From Paecilomyces variotii (lineage: Eukaryota), in NCBI GenBank assembly GCA_004022145.1, contig RCNU01000009.1: a DNA stretch of 64,000 nt. One strand, given 5' to 3'. A model generated the notes under the pieces. The model searched no databases. It had not been told where the DNA came from and worked only from the letters and a program-made list of their open reading frames with translations. Position numbers and translations under genes: made by a program. Positions 50,296 through 62,160 of this stretch are shown piece after piece (positions within the stretch are counted from its first letter, which is position 1; every line of letters begins with the position of its first letter).

Positions 50296-50393
50296 TGGAT
50301 CAGACAAGGCTGAAACTTGATTTATTGACAGGTTCCACATGGATCTTAAGATTGAGGAATGCCTTTCGCATGTCATATGAGTCATCACAAAAG
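50296..50393 (-). ncRNA. snR41: Box C/D snoRNA snR41 homolog (18S Gm1126)
   Basis: C box GTGATGA 50388-50382; 14-nt AAGTTTCAGCCTTG is complementary to 18S CAAGGCUGAAACUU and precedes D box CTGA 50303-50300; position upstream of snR70 and snR51 matches the yeast cluster order. Confidence 0.88.
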
Positions 50394-50555
50394 GGGGGCG
50401 GTGAGAATGAACAGCGAGGAAAAGTAAACGTACCTTTTACAAATTGTATGATGAGCAAGATGGAGTACGCGATAGGAATATTATTCTAAGCCTAGTTTCG
50501 AGGTATTAGCAGCTGTCATACCAGATAACGACGCAACCACAATTGTATGACGGAA

Positions 50556-50639
50556 GGCATCAGAGTAATTCTAGAGTTTTTTTTTGAAGTCCTTCATGGT
50601 CATAGGATTTTGTGGATAAAAAATTTTTCATCACTTGAG
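50556..50639 (-). ncRNA. Box C/D snoRNA, U45/SNORD45-like (18S A equivalent to human Am159)
   Basis: C box GTGATGA 50634-50628; 12-nt CTCTAGAATTAC is complementary to 18S GUAAUUCUAGAG and precedes D box CTGA 50563-50560. Confidence 0.82.
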
Positions 50640-51878
50640 AAGAGTATATAAAATAGAACGTATGGACTTACCATTAATGAATAACAGGTAGTGTCACAGC
50701 TATGCAGCTAGTAGGTGAGAATATCAAATATAAAAGGTCATGACGCCTTCCAGGAAGGGCGACATCAGCCCTGCCGTGCCTGCGGCAGATATTTTGCTGA
50801 GAAGAATTAGTGTGGGATGGGAACAAAAATTTATAGACGCGTAGGCAGCGCTACGGAGCGCGCTTGTTACCTTAAGCGAAAGTTGAGCCCCACTTAGGTA
50901 GGTCCGATGCATTGACCAATGCGAACGAGGATCTCCAGGTTCATGAATTGAACAACTGCTGGTTCATCTGTGTTGATTTCCTCCACCTCCAAATACTACA
51001 TATATCTACTCTAAGGAGAGGCTCCCTCAAACTTAAATGAAGAATTTCGTAGTATGAGTGTCCGGAAAGGATCCATTTATCACGCACCACTGGAAAGAAT
51101 CAGCCAGCGGACGATGATCGCATGGATATTACTATCTCTAGGAAGTACTTCTATCAAATTGTATTCTTTCAGGATGGGTAGTCGGTCATACGCCTAATAT
51201 ACTTCTTGAATCCTGAAGTCGTTGGGGAAGTTATTATTAGAAGCAGACTCACAGGAGCGCTAGATGAGAGTGTCTCAAAACGTCCCCATCACGTTAGAGA
51301 TATTTGCAAGAAATTCCGTATACAAAGTTCAATTTCAAGGGAATGATTAAGCCTAGCGCCATCCTGAAGATTCGCGCACTGAATGGGTTGGACATATGAG
51401 TACTCGGATTCACAAGTGCATAATGACCTGTAAGTCAAAAGTCCCGCCGGTAACTATGTATGTACCTTGAGGAATTGACACTCTGCTTCGCTCGAATACA
51501 CTTCACTTGTACGGGGTGCTCGTTGCTTTCTCATCCTTTTACTGCAGCTAACTAATGACCATAGACGAGCTGCCTTCGTTACTTCCTGCTTTTATACTGG
51601 CGAAGCTCGCGTCCCTCATATAGACGTCATGGTTTCCCGGGCTGACTTTTACGACACACACTCTAAGGGCTTTTCTGCGTCAATTTGACGTCGCTTTACA
51701 GTGTCGCAGGTCCCCCTGATTGCATAATCCATACGCGGCCTGGGATGTTAAATATCTCAAGCTGTCTCCTTTATCGCTCAAATCAAAACTGACCGGTATT
51801 GTTGCAATAGCATAATTTAGCCCACCAATGAATCATATATTATCCAATATTACCCCATTTCGTCCGATATAATCCAAT

Positions 51879-53053
51879 ATGTCTGTTGGAACTACCAAAG
51901 CTGGATCTACAAAGTTCAAGCTCAACACCGGTGCTGAGATCCCAGCACTCGGATTCGGCACCTGGCAGGATCCAGAGTCTCAGGAGGCCGCCGTGCGTGA
52001 AGCGATCAAGACGGGATACCGTCATATTGATACTGCAAGAGTGTGCGTTACAATATATATCTTGCCTAACACAAATATGACACTAATCGGCTGCATTAGA
52101 TATGGTACGGAGAAAGCTGTTGGGAAAGCTATCAGAGAGTGCGGCGTGCCTCGGGACCAGCTTTTCGTAACAACCAAGCTTTGGAACAACAAGCACCATC
52201 CGGATGATGTTGCTGATGCACTTGATGACTCGCTCAAAGATCTTGGTCTCGACTATGTTGACCTCTACCTAATGCACTACCCTATCGCCTGGAAGCGTGG
52301 AAGTGACCCGTTCCCGAAAGAGAATGGGAAACCGGCTGTGGTAGACATTGACTATGCCGATGTATGATCTTGTCCTTCTACCATGTGAGTAATGTGCCTA
52401 ACAACATGTCGCTACAGACATACAAAGCCATGGAAAAACTGTTGAAGACCGGCAAGGTCAGGGCCATTGGAATTTCGAACTTCTCGCAAGCAGAGATGGA
52501 GCACTTACTTAAGAGCGTTTCCGTCGTCCCGGCTGTCCACCAAATGGAATTCCATCCATGGCTGCAACAAAAAACCTTTGCCAACTGGCACAAGCAAAGA
52601 GGAATTCATGTCACCCAATATTCGCCCTTCGGTAATCAGAACGAGACCTACTCCGGTCTTACGAAGATTGGCAAGATGATTGAGGACCCCATCTTGAACG
52701 AGATTGGCAAGAAGTACGGTAAAACTGGAGCACAAGTCGCACTCGGTAAGTCTGTCCATGCCTAATTTGTTGCCTGTCTAGCATAAACGAATCGCCATTT
52801 TGACATACTACTTCCTTCAGCGTGGGGTATCTCCCAGGGTCACTCTGTTCTTCCCAAGTCGAAGACCCCATCAAGGATCAGGCAAAACCTGGAGGGCGAT
52901 TTCATTCTCAGTCAGGAGGATATCGACAGGATTCAGACAATCGATAAGAAACTACGGTTCAATGACAGTAGCAAGGACTTTGGCTACGAACTGTTCGCAG
53001 ACCTGGAAGGCAAGAATGCAACAAATACTGAGAGGACTGGGACTTCAGATTAA
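51879..53053 (+). CDS. Aldo-keto reductase, 4 exons
   Basis: [67 protein letters not shown]. Confidence 0.92.
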
Positions 53054-53954
53054 GCTATGCATCTCGATGCTCCCACAGACTTGTCCGGGTGGGAAATGTA
53101 ACACCTATAGTTCACGTGGTACGATATGGCTTAGCCATTATAGATAAAATGGTCACTTAATAATTGTTTGGATTCTACGACGGTTGGACTTTATGAAAGC
53201 GGATGGAAAAAACCAGAGAAACCATAGTATGGCTTTGAAAGATCGCCTTCATGTCTAGATACATAACCATTCTGTTGCTGTTACTGTTCCAGTTCCACCA
53301 CAGCAGGATTTTCCTTTTTCAACTTCTATCATAAGCGTGACCGACATGATTGCCACCAAGGGAATAGCTACAACCCAAGAAACCCAGAAGTTCTTCGGTC
53401 GAGGTAGATACCTAGTCACCGCCCATCAAAAATCGTCTTTTGAGCTCTCATATCCTCTTATCAGCAGCAATCTACCAAACACTGACGCCAGTCCTGCCAG
53501 GGCATTAGGCGTGAATACATGATACGGAATAGCGGTCACTTAGTGGTCTTATTTCTTAGTGTACTCTTTACTTGTGTCCGTGCTTCTTCCGCCGATCATA
53601 CCAGCGTACCTTCTCCCATTGGTGAAGTAGTTGAGTAGCTAGTATTATCAACATCTTGGCGCCCACCGCCCCGACTGAGCATTGGATTCGATTTCTGCTG
53701 GGATAGTCAATGTGATTATCGATTTTTTTCTCTCTTGCAATACTAGATTCTTGATACAAAAAGTCAGTTGGGCGTCAGGCTTATTGTTTGTTTCGATTCC
53801 GGCGGACAGCAATTGTCCCTCGTCCTTTCTCTGATCTCAATTTTCACATCTTCGGTGCTCTGGCCATGCGCGTCGATTGACAAGTTATCGGATTCAAAAT
53901 CATCACAATTGAAGTCCTTTGTCTCAGTCGGCAGAGGTCTACCCTGTGGAAACA

Positions 53955-55421
53955 ATGGTATTTCGAGGCATCGCCAACCGGCTGCGCGCGATGGCAATTG
54001 AAGCTGTATTTGACAGATTATGTGGCGGCACCATATTTACCAGCAAAAAGTTAATATTGGCCTATACTATCGACTGGGTTCTTATTATGTACGTAGGCCC
54101 GCGAATATGGTCCCATAATGAGTCAAGCACGGATACACAAGCTTTCAGCCCGCTCTCGTCATGTCTAACTTTGGAATTATATCGATTCTAATTGCTTCTA
54201 TAGAGGCACCGGCTTAGTGGGATATGCTTTTACCAGAATCGAACCTAATCGCAGTCCGTTCTCTCTTACAGACCTGAGCATCTCATATCCATATAAGGTT
54301 CATGAGACTGTGTCGACCACGGTCATGGTCTTGGTCTCGCTTTTGGCACCAGCTATGATAATCCTACTCTTAACGCTCGTCTTTGTTCCGGGCCCGTTAG
54401 TGGACAAGAATGCACCCAGTTTTGTAATACTGAAACGCAAGCTGTGGGAGTTGAATGCTGGATGGATGGGTCTGGGAGTTTCTCTGGCTGGAGTCTACAT
54501 GTGTACAGAGGCCTTGAAGGACTTGTACGGAAAACCCAGACCCGATCTACTCGGCAGATGCAGACCCGATTTGTCGAATATTGCAGCATATGCAGTCAGT
54601 GGGCTAGGACTTCAACTCGAACATGCCCCAGTTCTAGTGACATGGGAGATCTGCCAGAACAAGTCATATATGCTTAGAAAGGCTGGTTTTGCGAGCTTCC
54701 CAAGCGGGCATTCATCCTGTGAGTGCATCATGAGCTTAAGATAAAGCAATCTTAAACTAACAATGCAAAAGTTTCTTGGGCAGGCATGACTTATCTTACG
54801 CTCTGGCTATGTTCCAAGTTTTCCATCACTATTCCGTATCTCTCTCAACAGCCTTTAGACAATGGCATTCCGCCAACGGGTCCGCAAGACGATTCGAATG
54901 CCAATGACACCACGCATCATCATCGCCATCATCATCTTCTTCACATTTTCCATGAAACTGTCACAGGGAAGCCCTTACCCTCTCAATTTAGCCTCTCCAT
55001 TCGGAACCGGGGGGCACCACCTCCGGTCTATCTACTCATTGTTGCCTTGATACCCTTGGGGGTTGCGGCTTTCATTTCTTCATCCCGTTGGTTTGACCAC
55101 CGACACTACGGATTTGACATCATATTCGGATCTATCATGGGGATCCTTTTCGCATTTCTTGGATTTTACCTATATCATCTGCCGATCAGACGCGGAGCAG
55201 GCTGGTCATGGGGACCGAGAAGCCCCGAACATGCATTCTGGAAGGGCATCGGGTATCCAAACCAGATAGCAGCTGATGGATGGACTAGCTCAACGGCGAT
55301 GGAGGCCAAAGATGAGGGCTTGCTGCAAAACGAACATTTCAGACACGAGAGGTGGAGTAGAGTCATCTCTTCGACCCCGGACGTGAACGGATCTTCAAGT
55401 AGTTCTTCCAACGAAGTATGA
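53955..55421 (+). CDS. PAP2-family lipid phosphate phosphatase (Dpp1/Lpp1-like), 3 exons
   Basis: Catalytic motifs KDLYGKPRPD, SFPSGHSS and SRWFDHRHYGFD; multiple TM segments. Confidence 0.9.
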
Positions 55422-55714
55422 GTATAAAGCAAGGACCTAACGAACCTGCCTTCACACACAGGTTACCCAAATCATGAATAAACGATGTTCATGGAGTGCG
55501 TTAAGGCCGCAAAAAAAACAATCGTGATGCGGAAAATGTACTTCGACCATGGCTAGGATTTGATAATATAGCCCGAACGAGACTTCATGCATATATGTAT
55601 AAACAGATACCCCGGACTCCGCGCTTCTAAACCCATGTTTACACGCCCACGTTAAGAACCTAATGCAGAACAGTCCGTAAAACAAAGCCCCACGTCATGC
55701 AATAATATGGGGTA

Positions 55715-56619
55715 TCATCTCCAACCACCAACTCTTCCTTCATCCCATCTCGCCCTTGCTTCTCTCCTAGCTTCCAACTTTGCTGCCTCAGCCCTCACTC
55801 TCCGTACCCAATCCACGACTTCCTTCTCACTGGCTCGCCCATGGTGGTCTCCTTCTAGGAAACTTTCTTCCACAGCTTGACAGACAGCTTCCTGCTCAGC
55901 AACCGCTGCCGCAAGTCGTTGGTAGAGAGCCTTTGGTGACCATGGTGCCAATGCAGCATCCATCTCGGCCTGCTTCTTCCTCCATGAAACTTCGAGGGAC
56001 TGGTGTGTAAGAAGAAGGGACTCTGTCGAGGCGCGGAGATTGGCAATGTGGGATTCTAACTCGAGTAGATGGTTCGCCAGAGCTTTATTGGACTCGAGGA
56101 GAGAATAGAGCGGCTTTTGAGAGGCAGCGTAAGATGGATGCTGGGTAGAGAGGGCGGATATGAGATTCGGGTTCGATAGGATAGTTTGCAGGTCAGCGTT
56201 TCTGAACTCGCGCCTATGTTAGTCTTCTACAAACGGAAATTTAGGCTGGGAAAGTGGATTTCGACTTACGATTTATCCTTTACGATATCTGGCAGCCAGC
56301 ACTCTTCGATACTCGGGGGTTGCGGCTGTGACGCTTCCGTGTTCGGGTCGTAAACATCCTCAATGGTAGAAGGTACGTATGCCGCTGTAGGCTGTCCTTC
56401 TGAATTTGTCTGTCCTTGAGCTCCAGCATGGGATACAGACTGTGGAGGACGAGGCAAAGGGGGTCCTGTCTGCGGTGTACCCCGTCGACTTGCTTCGTGA
56501 CTACTAGGCTTTGGTGGAGGCGGCGGCGGTGTGTCCGGATCAATGGCCGGACTCCGTACGGTCCCCGTGTTCGAGTACACAAAAGGTTGAGGAGAGTATG
56601 TATGCGGAGACTGAGACAT
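55715..56619 (-). CDS. VPS37: ESCRT-I subunit Vps37/Srn2 (Mod(r) domain), 2 exons; start may be an upstream in-frame ATG
   Basis: Pro-rich N-terminus, coiled coil, WSPKALYQRL..EQEAVC..EESFLEG..WDEGRVGGWR. Confidence 0.75.
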
Positions 56620-57330
56620 TATTAGTGGAAGGAGGAATTTCTGAACGCTTTCATTGAAGACGTGGAGCAGCTGGTCATCGTGAGACATGGAGATTGCGGG
56701 GATGATAAGTACATATTCTGCCGATTTATACCGCCTCATGATGCTATGGAATTGGCTGAACAGTAGCTTAAGGAACTCTCAAGATGTGGTTTGAAAAGGT
56801 GAGATTTACTAATATTGAGAATATATTAGGAAAGCTAATTTTCCATTATTGAAGAATTGTAGATGATATGTGTTATCTTCAGTGGTTCATTCTCTACTCA
56901 GATGTCAATTGCAAATAACATTTACGAATATATTTTCGAGCAGAAAAGCGTCACTTGTGAGATAATTAAACTTTTTATATTAGTATTCACCTAAGATAAC
57001 ACCCGGTTCTGGAACACTGATTTTGTTCATATACTCATGATGACTCCCTGTGGAGGAGGCAGGAAGTATAGTTCCATTACAACAAAAGACTACAGCTTCT
57101 ATTTTCACATACAATCTTACATTTCTTTTGAGCTTCTCCTTAATTCCAGCTCCATTGTCTCCTCTATGTATACTGACAGGAACCAAGATAACTGGTTTTG
57201 TTATTGCTGATTGCGAAATATACCACATTTCATCTCAGCACCAGGCAATTGAATATACCAAAATAATGCCTCGCTCAAGGTGTATAGGAATACTAGCCAG
57301 ATGCCGCAGAACAATCTGTTTCCACAGAGG

Positions 57331-59004
57331 TTACAACTTGGCTTTGACATTCCCTTGGAGTCTTTCAGTATCCCTTTTCGCCCACTCTTTGACAACCTTT
57401 CTCAAAATCTTACCGCTCGCAAGCCTTGGTACTTCGTCGACAAAGGACACACCACCCGTCAATCGCTTATGTTTCGCAACCCGCTCTCCTACAAATTTCA
57501 CGATATCATCCTCAGATATCTTTCCCTTAGCTCGAGGCTGCAAGGACACATATGCTCGAGGCCTTTCTTCGTCATTGAGGCTAATCCCCACAACAGCGGC
57601 GTCCGACACTCCGTCACATTGCAGCAAAAGAGCCTCTAACTCAGCAGGTGCCACTTGAAGCCCGTTCACTTTGATGAGTTCTTTGTTTCGATCCACAATG
57701 GTAAACACGCCTTTGGCGAAAGTAGCGATATCACCGGTTTTGAGCCATCCATCGGTCGTTTTGCAGGCCCTTGTAGCTTCCTCATTATCAAAATATCCCA
57801 GCATGACCTGCGGGCCTCGGAACCAAATCTCCCCTGGTTCGCCTTCGTCGAGAATCTCATTCCCGTTCTCGCCAACAAGAATAGCTTCAGAATTAGGAGC
57901 CAGAGTTCCAACGCTGCCAGTATTGTCGTGAAGAAACCCGGGTACCATAGTGCCCGCACAGGTAACTTCAGTCATTCCCCAGCCCTGTGCAATCGTCACA
58001 TCAAAACGACTGCTTATCTCATTTTGAAGTTCGCGCGACAGTGGAGCTGCTCCGCACATGATATGTTTGAGACTTTGCAAGTTATACTTCGACGACTCTT
58101 CTCGCTTACTGAGCATGATAAGCACCGGGGGGACTAATTGAACACTGGTTATCCTGTATGCTTCGATCAAGCGCAGGAATTCCTCAAACTCAAAGCGCGG
58201 CATCACGTAAGTAGGAATGCCCAGTTTGCATGGAATAGTGACCGTCCACAGCTGAGAATAAGCATGGTACATAGGTAGGAAGCTAAGCCCTCTCTCCCGA
58301 GTTATTGGGTTGTTCGCGCTGTCAGCCTCTGGTGTGTAGAATCTGGTAAAGATGCTTTGGGCGGCGTTTGCCACGATGTTGCGGTGGGATATGCAAGTGC
58401 CTTTAGGAAGCCCTGTTGTGCCGCTGGAGAAATTGATCACTGCCACAGTTGTCGAAGATGCGTCACCAAGAAGAGGATCCCATGACCACTGACTAGACTC
58501 TCCTTGAGAGGCCAAGATATCCTTCCAATCGTGAACAGCACTGTTCGTTGTGAGTGCATTGTCCGAAAACTGGTAGATTCGATCATATGGAAAGTTAACA
58601 CGGCGAGCTGCCTCCAATCCCTTCTCCAGAGAACTTGGATGAACCAGAAAGACCGCCGCTTTGGACGCCTTTAGTTGGTACGCGACTTCTTTAGGCGTAA
58701 AGACTGGATTGACGCCGGTAAACCGTCTTTTGGATCCCACAGTAGCAAGATAAACTACTGGCACGTATATGTGGTTCGGCGTCATCAACATAATTGTGCT
58801 TTCTTCTGGGATGCCCAAGTTGCTAAAGCCCACTGCAAGCCGCCGGATCCATATTAGGGCTTCAGCAGGAGATAAGCTTTTAGATGGATCCAGTGCGTCT
58901 AGCCACAGCGGAGTACTCGAGAGCTTTTCACCACCTGGAAACAAATAGGAAAGGAGATTGCAGTGAGGAATATCAATGTCTGGATAGGGGGACTTTCGAG
59001 GCAT
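57331..59004 (-). CDS. 4-coumarate/phenylacetate-CoA ligase-like AMP-binding enzyme, peroxisomal (PTS1 AKL), intronless
   Basis: FSSGTTGLPKG, QGWGMTE, GWLKTGD, DRNKELIKVNGLQVAPAELE, SGKILR, C-terminal AKL. Confidence 0.92.
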   Translation of the reverse strand: MPRKSPYPDIDIPHCNLLSYLFPGGEKLSSTPLWLDALDPSKSLSPAEALIWIRRLAVGFSNLGIPEESTIMLMTPNHIYVPVVYLATVGSKRRFTGVNPVFTPKEVAYQLKASKAAVFLVHPSSLEKGLEAARRVNFPYDRIYQFSDNALTTNSAVHDWKDILASQGESSQWSWDPLLGDASSTTVAVINFSSGTTGLPKGTCISHRNIVANAAQSIFTRFYTPEADSANNPITRERGLSFLPMYHAYSQLWTVTIPCKLGIPTYVMPRFEFEEFLRLIEAYRITSVQLVPPVLIMLSKREESSKYNLQSLKHIMCGAAPLSRELQNEISSRFDVTIAQGWGMTEVTCAGTMVPGFLHDNTGSVGTLAPNSEAILVGENGNEILDEGEPGEIWFRGPQVMLGYFDNEEATRACKTTDGWLKTGDIATFAKGVFTIVDRNKELIKVNGLQVAPAELEALLLQCDGVSDAAVVGISLNDEERPRAYVSLQPRAKGKISEDDIVKFVGERVAKHKRLTGGVSFVDEVPRLASGKILRKVVKEWAKRDTERLQGNVKAKL

Positions 59005-59225
59005 TATGACGACTAGAGGAGATGTGAATGTTTACAACTGTCTAGGAAACAGTTGATGTCTGGTTGATGTAACGAAGTACCGTTTGGATGGGGGACACCT
59101 CAGCTCTTTAACAATGATACTATGCTAAAGAGGCTGGGGTTACACAAGAGATACACCTATGTATGACCCCTGTGCTGACGTGTGTTTCCTAATCGGCTTT
59201 ACCCCTCGAGGTACGACTTCTATAA

Positions 59226-59231
59226 CCGAGG
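59226..59231. promoter_or_regulatory. CCGAGG (CCTCGG) core, candidate FarA/FarB (CTF1) site in the divergent promoter
   Basis: Exact hexamer between two peroxisomal CoA-metabolism genes; a short motif that could occur by chance. Confidence 0.45.
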
Positions 59232-59370
59232 TAAATTACTATGGCCAGACAACGCTAAACTATAAGTATATTTCAAATATAATGCATTAACTAACGGTCT
59301 ATTAAGGTGCGATTCTCAATATTCGAGCAATTACATGTCTGCTGGGCTATCGTGGCTATAATCCATAACT

Positions 59371-60195
59371 ATGGATCCGGAATCGAACGCCGTTACCAGC
59401 ACAACTACCACAAGTGGTATCACTACCATTTTCCTGAACCGACCTCATCGCCGCAACGCAGTCAATCCAGCGACTGCCAAAAGATTATATGAAAAGATCC
59501 TGGAATTCGAAAATAACCCCTCGCAGAAAGTATGCATTCTAGCTGGATTGAACGGTACTTTTTGTGCCGGAGCGGACCTGCATGAAGTAGCTAGAATGGA
59601 GCGATCGACGAACGTACCGGAAAACCTGCAACCTGTGTCGAATGGCAATCTGGGCCCAATGGGCCCCAGTCGACTTCAAGTGAAAAAGCCCGTCATCAGC
59701 GCCGTATCTGGGTATGCCGTAGCTGGTGGTCTGGAATTAAGTCTTATAGGAGACATTCGCGTGGCAGAAGATGATGCTGTGTTTGGCGTGTTCTGCAGAA
59801 GATGGGGCGTGCCATTGATTGATGGAGGTACTGTCCGCTTGCAAGCAATCATTGGTCTCGGTAGGGCCCTGGATATGATCTTGACAGGACGGCCTGTCAA
59901 TGCCCAGGAAGCCTTGACAATGGGCCTGGTAAACAGAGTGGTTCCCAAAGGAAAGGCTCTCGAAGAAGCTATGGATATTGCAAATCAACTGCTTTCATTC
60001 CCACAGGAATGTATGAACGTTGACAGGCAGTCATGCTATTATAGCGCTTACAATGCCACCTCATTCGAGGATGCTTTGCGGGAAGAGTTTAGACGTGGTG
60101 TCGGGGTTATAACTTCAGAGAGCATTAAGGGTGCTACTAGATTCAAGGAGGGTCATGGAAGGCATGGAAGTTTTGGCGATACTACGAAGTTGTAA
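59371..60195 (+). CDS. Enoyl-CoA hydratase/isomerase (crotonase family), PTS1-like TKL, intronless
   Basis: LNRPHRRNAVN, FCAGADL, KPVISAVSGYAVAGGLEL, FCRRWGVPLIDGGTVRL, DMILTGRPV. Confidence 0.92.
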   Translation: MDPESNAVTSTTTTSGITTIFLNRPHRRNAVNPATAKRLYEKILEFENNPSQKVCILAGLNGTFCAGADLHEVARMERSTNVPENLQPVSNGNLGPMGPSRLQVKKPVISAVSGYAVAGGLELSLIGDIRVAEDDAVFGVFCRRWGVPLIDGGTVRLQAIIGLGRALDMILTGRPVNAQEALTMGLVNRVVPKGKALEEAMDIANQLLSFPQECMNVDRQSCYYSAYNATSFEDALREEFRRGVGVITSESIKGATRFKEGHGRHGSFGDTTKL

Positions 60196-60690
60196 TTTTG
60201 ATGATATCCATTTCTCTTATTAGTTTCAAATCTGTTAAAGTCCCATTGATAGATGGACAAATTGAGTATATCCGAGGGACTCGGACTTCTGTCAGAATAA
60301 GCATAGTGGTTCTCTACATGAGATCGTAGGGAGTCAGAGAACCCCGCATCTATAGAACAGTAACAATGCGGGGACCTATAATATAGTCAGACTAACTAGC
60401 AGACTACTAACTATGGTACGTAACAAGGTATAACTAACACAGAGAAGCGTGTATTCTAGCTCCCAGGGCATCGATAATTCGTTCCCTTCTAATATACGGT
60501 ACTAATTATTTGTCGGTATTTTATCTGCTCAGTACAGATCAATCAGTTCACTGGATCGTCCACAAGGGAACCGTATTGGTTTTTATGGCGGTGGTAATTT
60601 GTCAAAGATATACTCCGGGAAGGACAGATAAATATTGGAAACCGTGGAAAAGTACCGTAGTTCTGGGCACATTCCCATCAGCAGTTTAGC

Positions 60691-61005
60691 ATGCAGATTT
60701 ATAGGTATATAAAACCAACAACTAACGGGGAAAATAAACAGATATCCCCAAGAGAAAGCCAACGCTTAAGAAAACGAAAGCAACGATTCGAGAACGCAGT
60801 AGAGAGGGGATAATCGGATGAAATCGAACGAACACGGATAGCACTAATAAAGGAAGATGAGGAAATTATGGAAAATACACCAACGGAGAGATCAAAGCTA
60901 GATGCAGACAGCTTAACAGAGAGGCGAAGGAAGGAAGCAGAACGGAAAAGGAGACAACGATTAAGGATGGAACAGCAATTAAGCAAGGAAACAGATACAA
61001 CTTAA
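60691..61005 (+). pseudogene. Degenerate charged-protein reading frame with one in-frame TAA; possible RIP-mutated relic
   Basis: ATG 60691 to TAA 61003-61005, interrupted by TAA at 60811; purine-rich; TpA-rich flanks. Confidence 0.35.
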
Positions 61006-61509
61006 GCAGACAATAGGAACGACAAATCAGAATCAGTAAGTCGAATTTATGTAATTGAGAATATATATAGCTAGTTAAATGAGATTTATTGGTCCTATCA
61101 TCTTCTGGAGACCTCGCGTATCACGAATGCAGGTCAGTGACCTACACGATGCTTACACTCTGTGTGCAACCTATTGAAGTTTAGTGTATCTAAAGATACA
61201 CATAATGTCTCCAGAAACAGAGAGTCAGACTCTAGGCTGCTCTCGGCTCATCTCTCTAAGCTATAGAGAAAGGCCATCATGGGCGTTAGCTCGCAGCGAC
61301 TATTGTTACACTGCAGAACCACAAGTGCCCATACTAGCTCCAGGAGGCCGTCGTCTTGGAGACATCCACTGCCCATTACTTTATCACGTCTCCCGAAAAT
61401 GCCTTCTTAACCGACCCTGGATGGAGCGGTCTAGGTGTGAGTCACCATTGACTCAAACATGCTGACATTATCCATAAAATCTCTTGTACTGAATTCAAAC
61501 CGCCGTTTA

Positions 61510-62160
61510 TCATTCCAATCGCCGCCGCTGATCTCTTTCCCGTGTCTCAATGTTGACTCCGCGAAGTGCATCTGCGACCAGCTCTCGCAGCTGGCTTTGT
61601 CCAGACTCACTGTGGAAATCTTCCCTGGCAGCTAGCTCATCGATCCGTCTCTTGAATTCAGGATCCATGATGTCTGCCTCTGCTTCCGCTTCTGACATTG
61701 TTCCAACATTCACTTTGACATTTGGAGGCAACGGCGGCGCAGGATGTAAGGCATCGGTGGGTTGGGCTGCAGCGCTGGAACCAGAGCCTGAGACTTCCCT
61801 AAGATAGGCTGCAACATCTGGGAAAGAACCGTCGTTCTCGATCGTCTCTTGCGCCGTTAACCCCTCGTCATTCTTGTGATTGTAGTCCACACCAAGCTCT
61901 TCAACTAGACACTTTGCGATGTCGACATTTTCGGCGACGAAAAGGCATGTCTCAGCATCTTCGTCGGTCAAGTTGATATTGACATTGAACTCGCGTACTA
62001 ATGCGCGAAGCAGATCGATATGGCCGTACGAAGAAGCAGCATGGAGAAGAGAGTACCCATGTTCGTCCTGACCCGACGCCAGAGAGGGGTTGGAGCGGAG
62101 CAAATTCAATAGCGCTGTAGGATTATCAGCCGCGAGGATGTAGGGATTTGGTTGACTCAT
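61510..62160 (-). CDS. Ankyrin-repeat protein (yeast YCR051W-like)
   Basis: NPYILAAD, QDEHGYSLLHAASSYGH, DEDAETCLF, NDEGLTA. Confidence 0.85.
   Translation of the reverse strand: MSQPNPYILAADNPTALLNLLRSNPSLASGQDEHGYSLLHAASSYGHIDLLRALVREFNVNINLTDEDAETCLFVAENVDIAKCLVEELGVDYNHKNDEGLTAQETIENDGSFPDVAAYLREVSGSGSSAAAQPTDALHPAPPLPPNVKVNVGTMSEAEAEADIMDPEFKRRIDELAAREDFHSESGQSQLRELVADALRGVNIETRERDQRRRLE

Larger units (their letters stand above)
49400..50700 (-). ncRNA. Non-coding snoRNA host transcript; introns 50671-50492, 50433-50229, 50228-49977, 49976-49677 (outer ends approximate)
   Basis: Four donor/branch/acceptor sets (GTAAGT/GCTAAT/TAG; GTACGT/ACTAAC/TAG; GTACTT/ACTGAC/TAG; GTACTG/GCTGAC/TAG), each enclosing one C/D snoRNA; the exon 1-2 junction reads ATG|GCT TAG. 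Confidence 0.8.
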
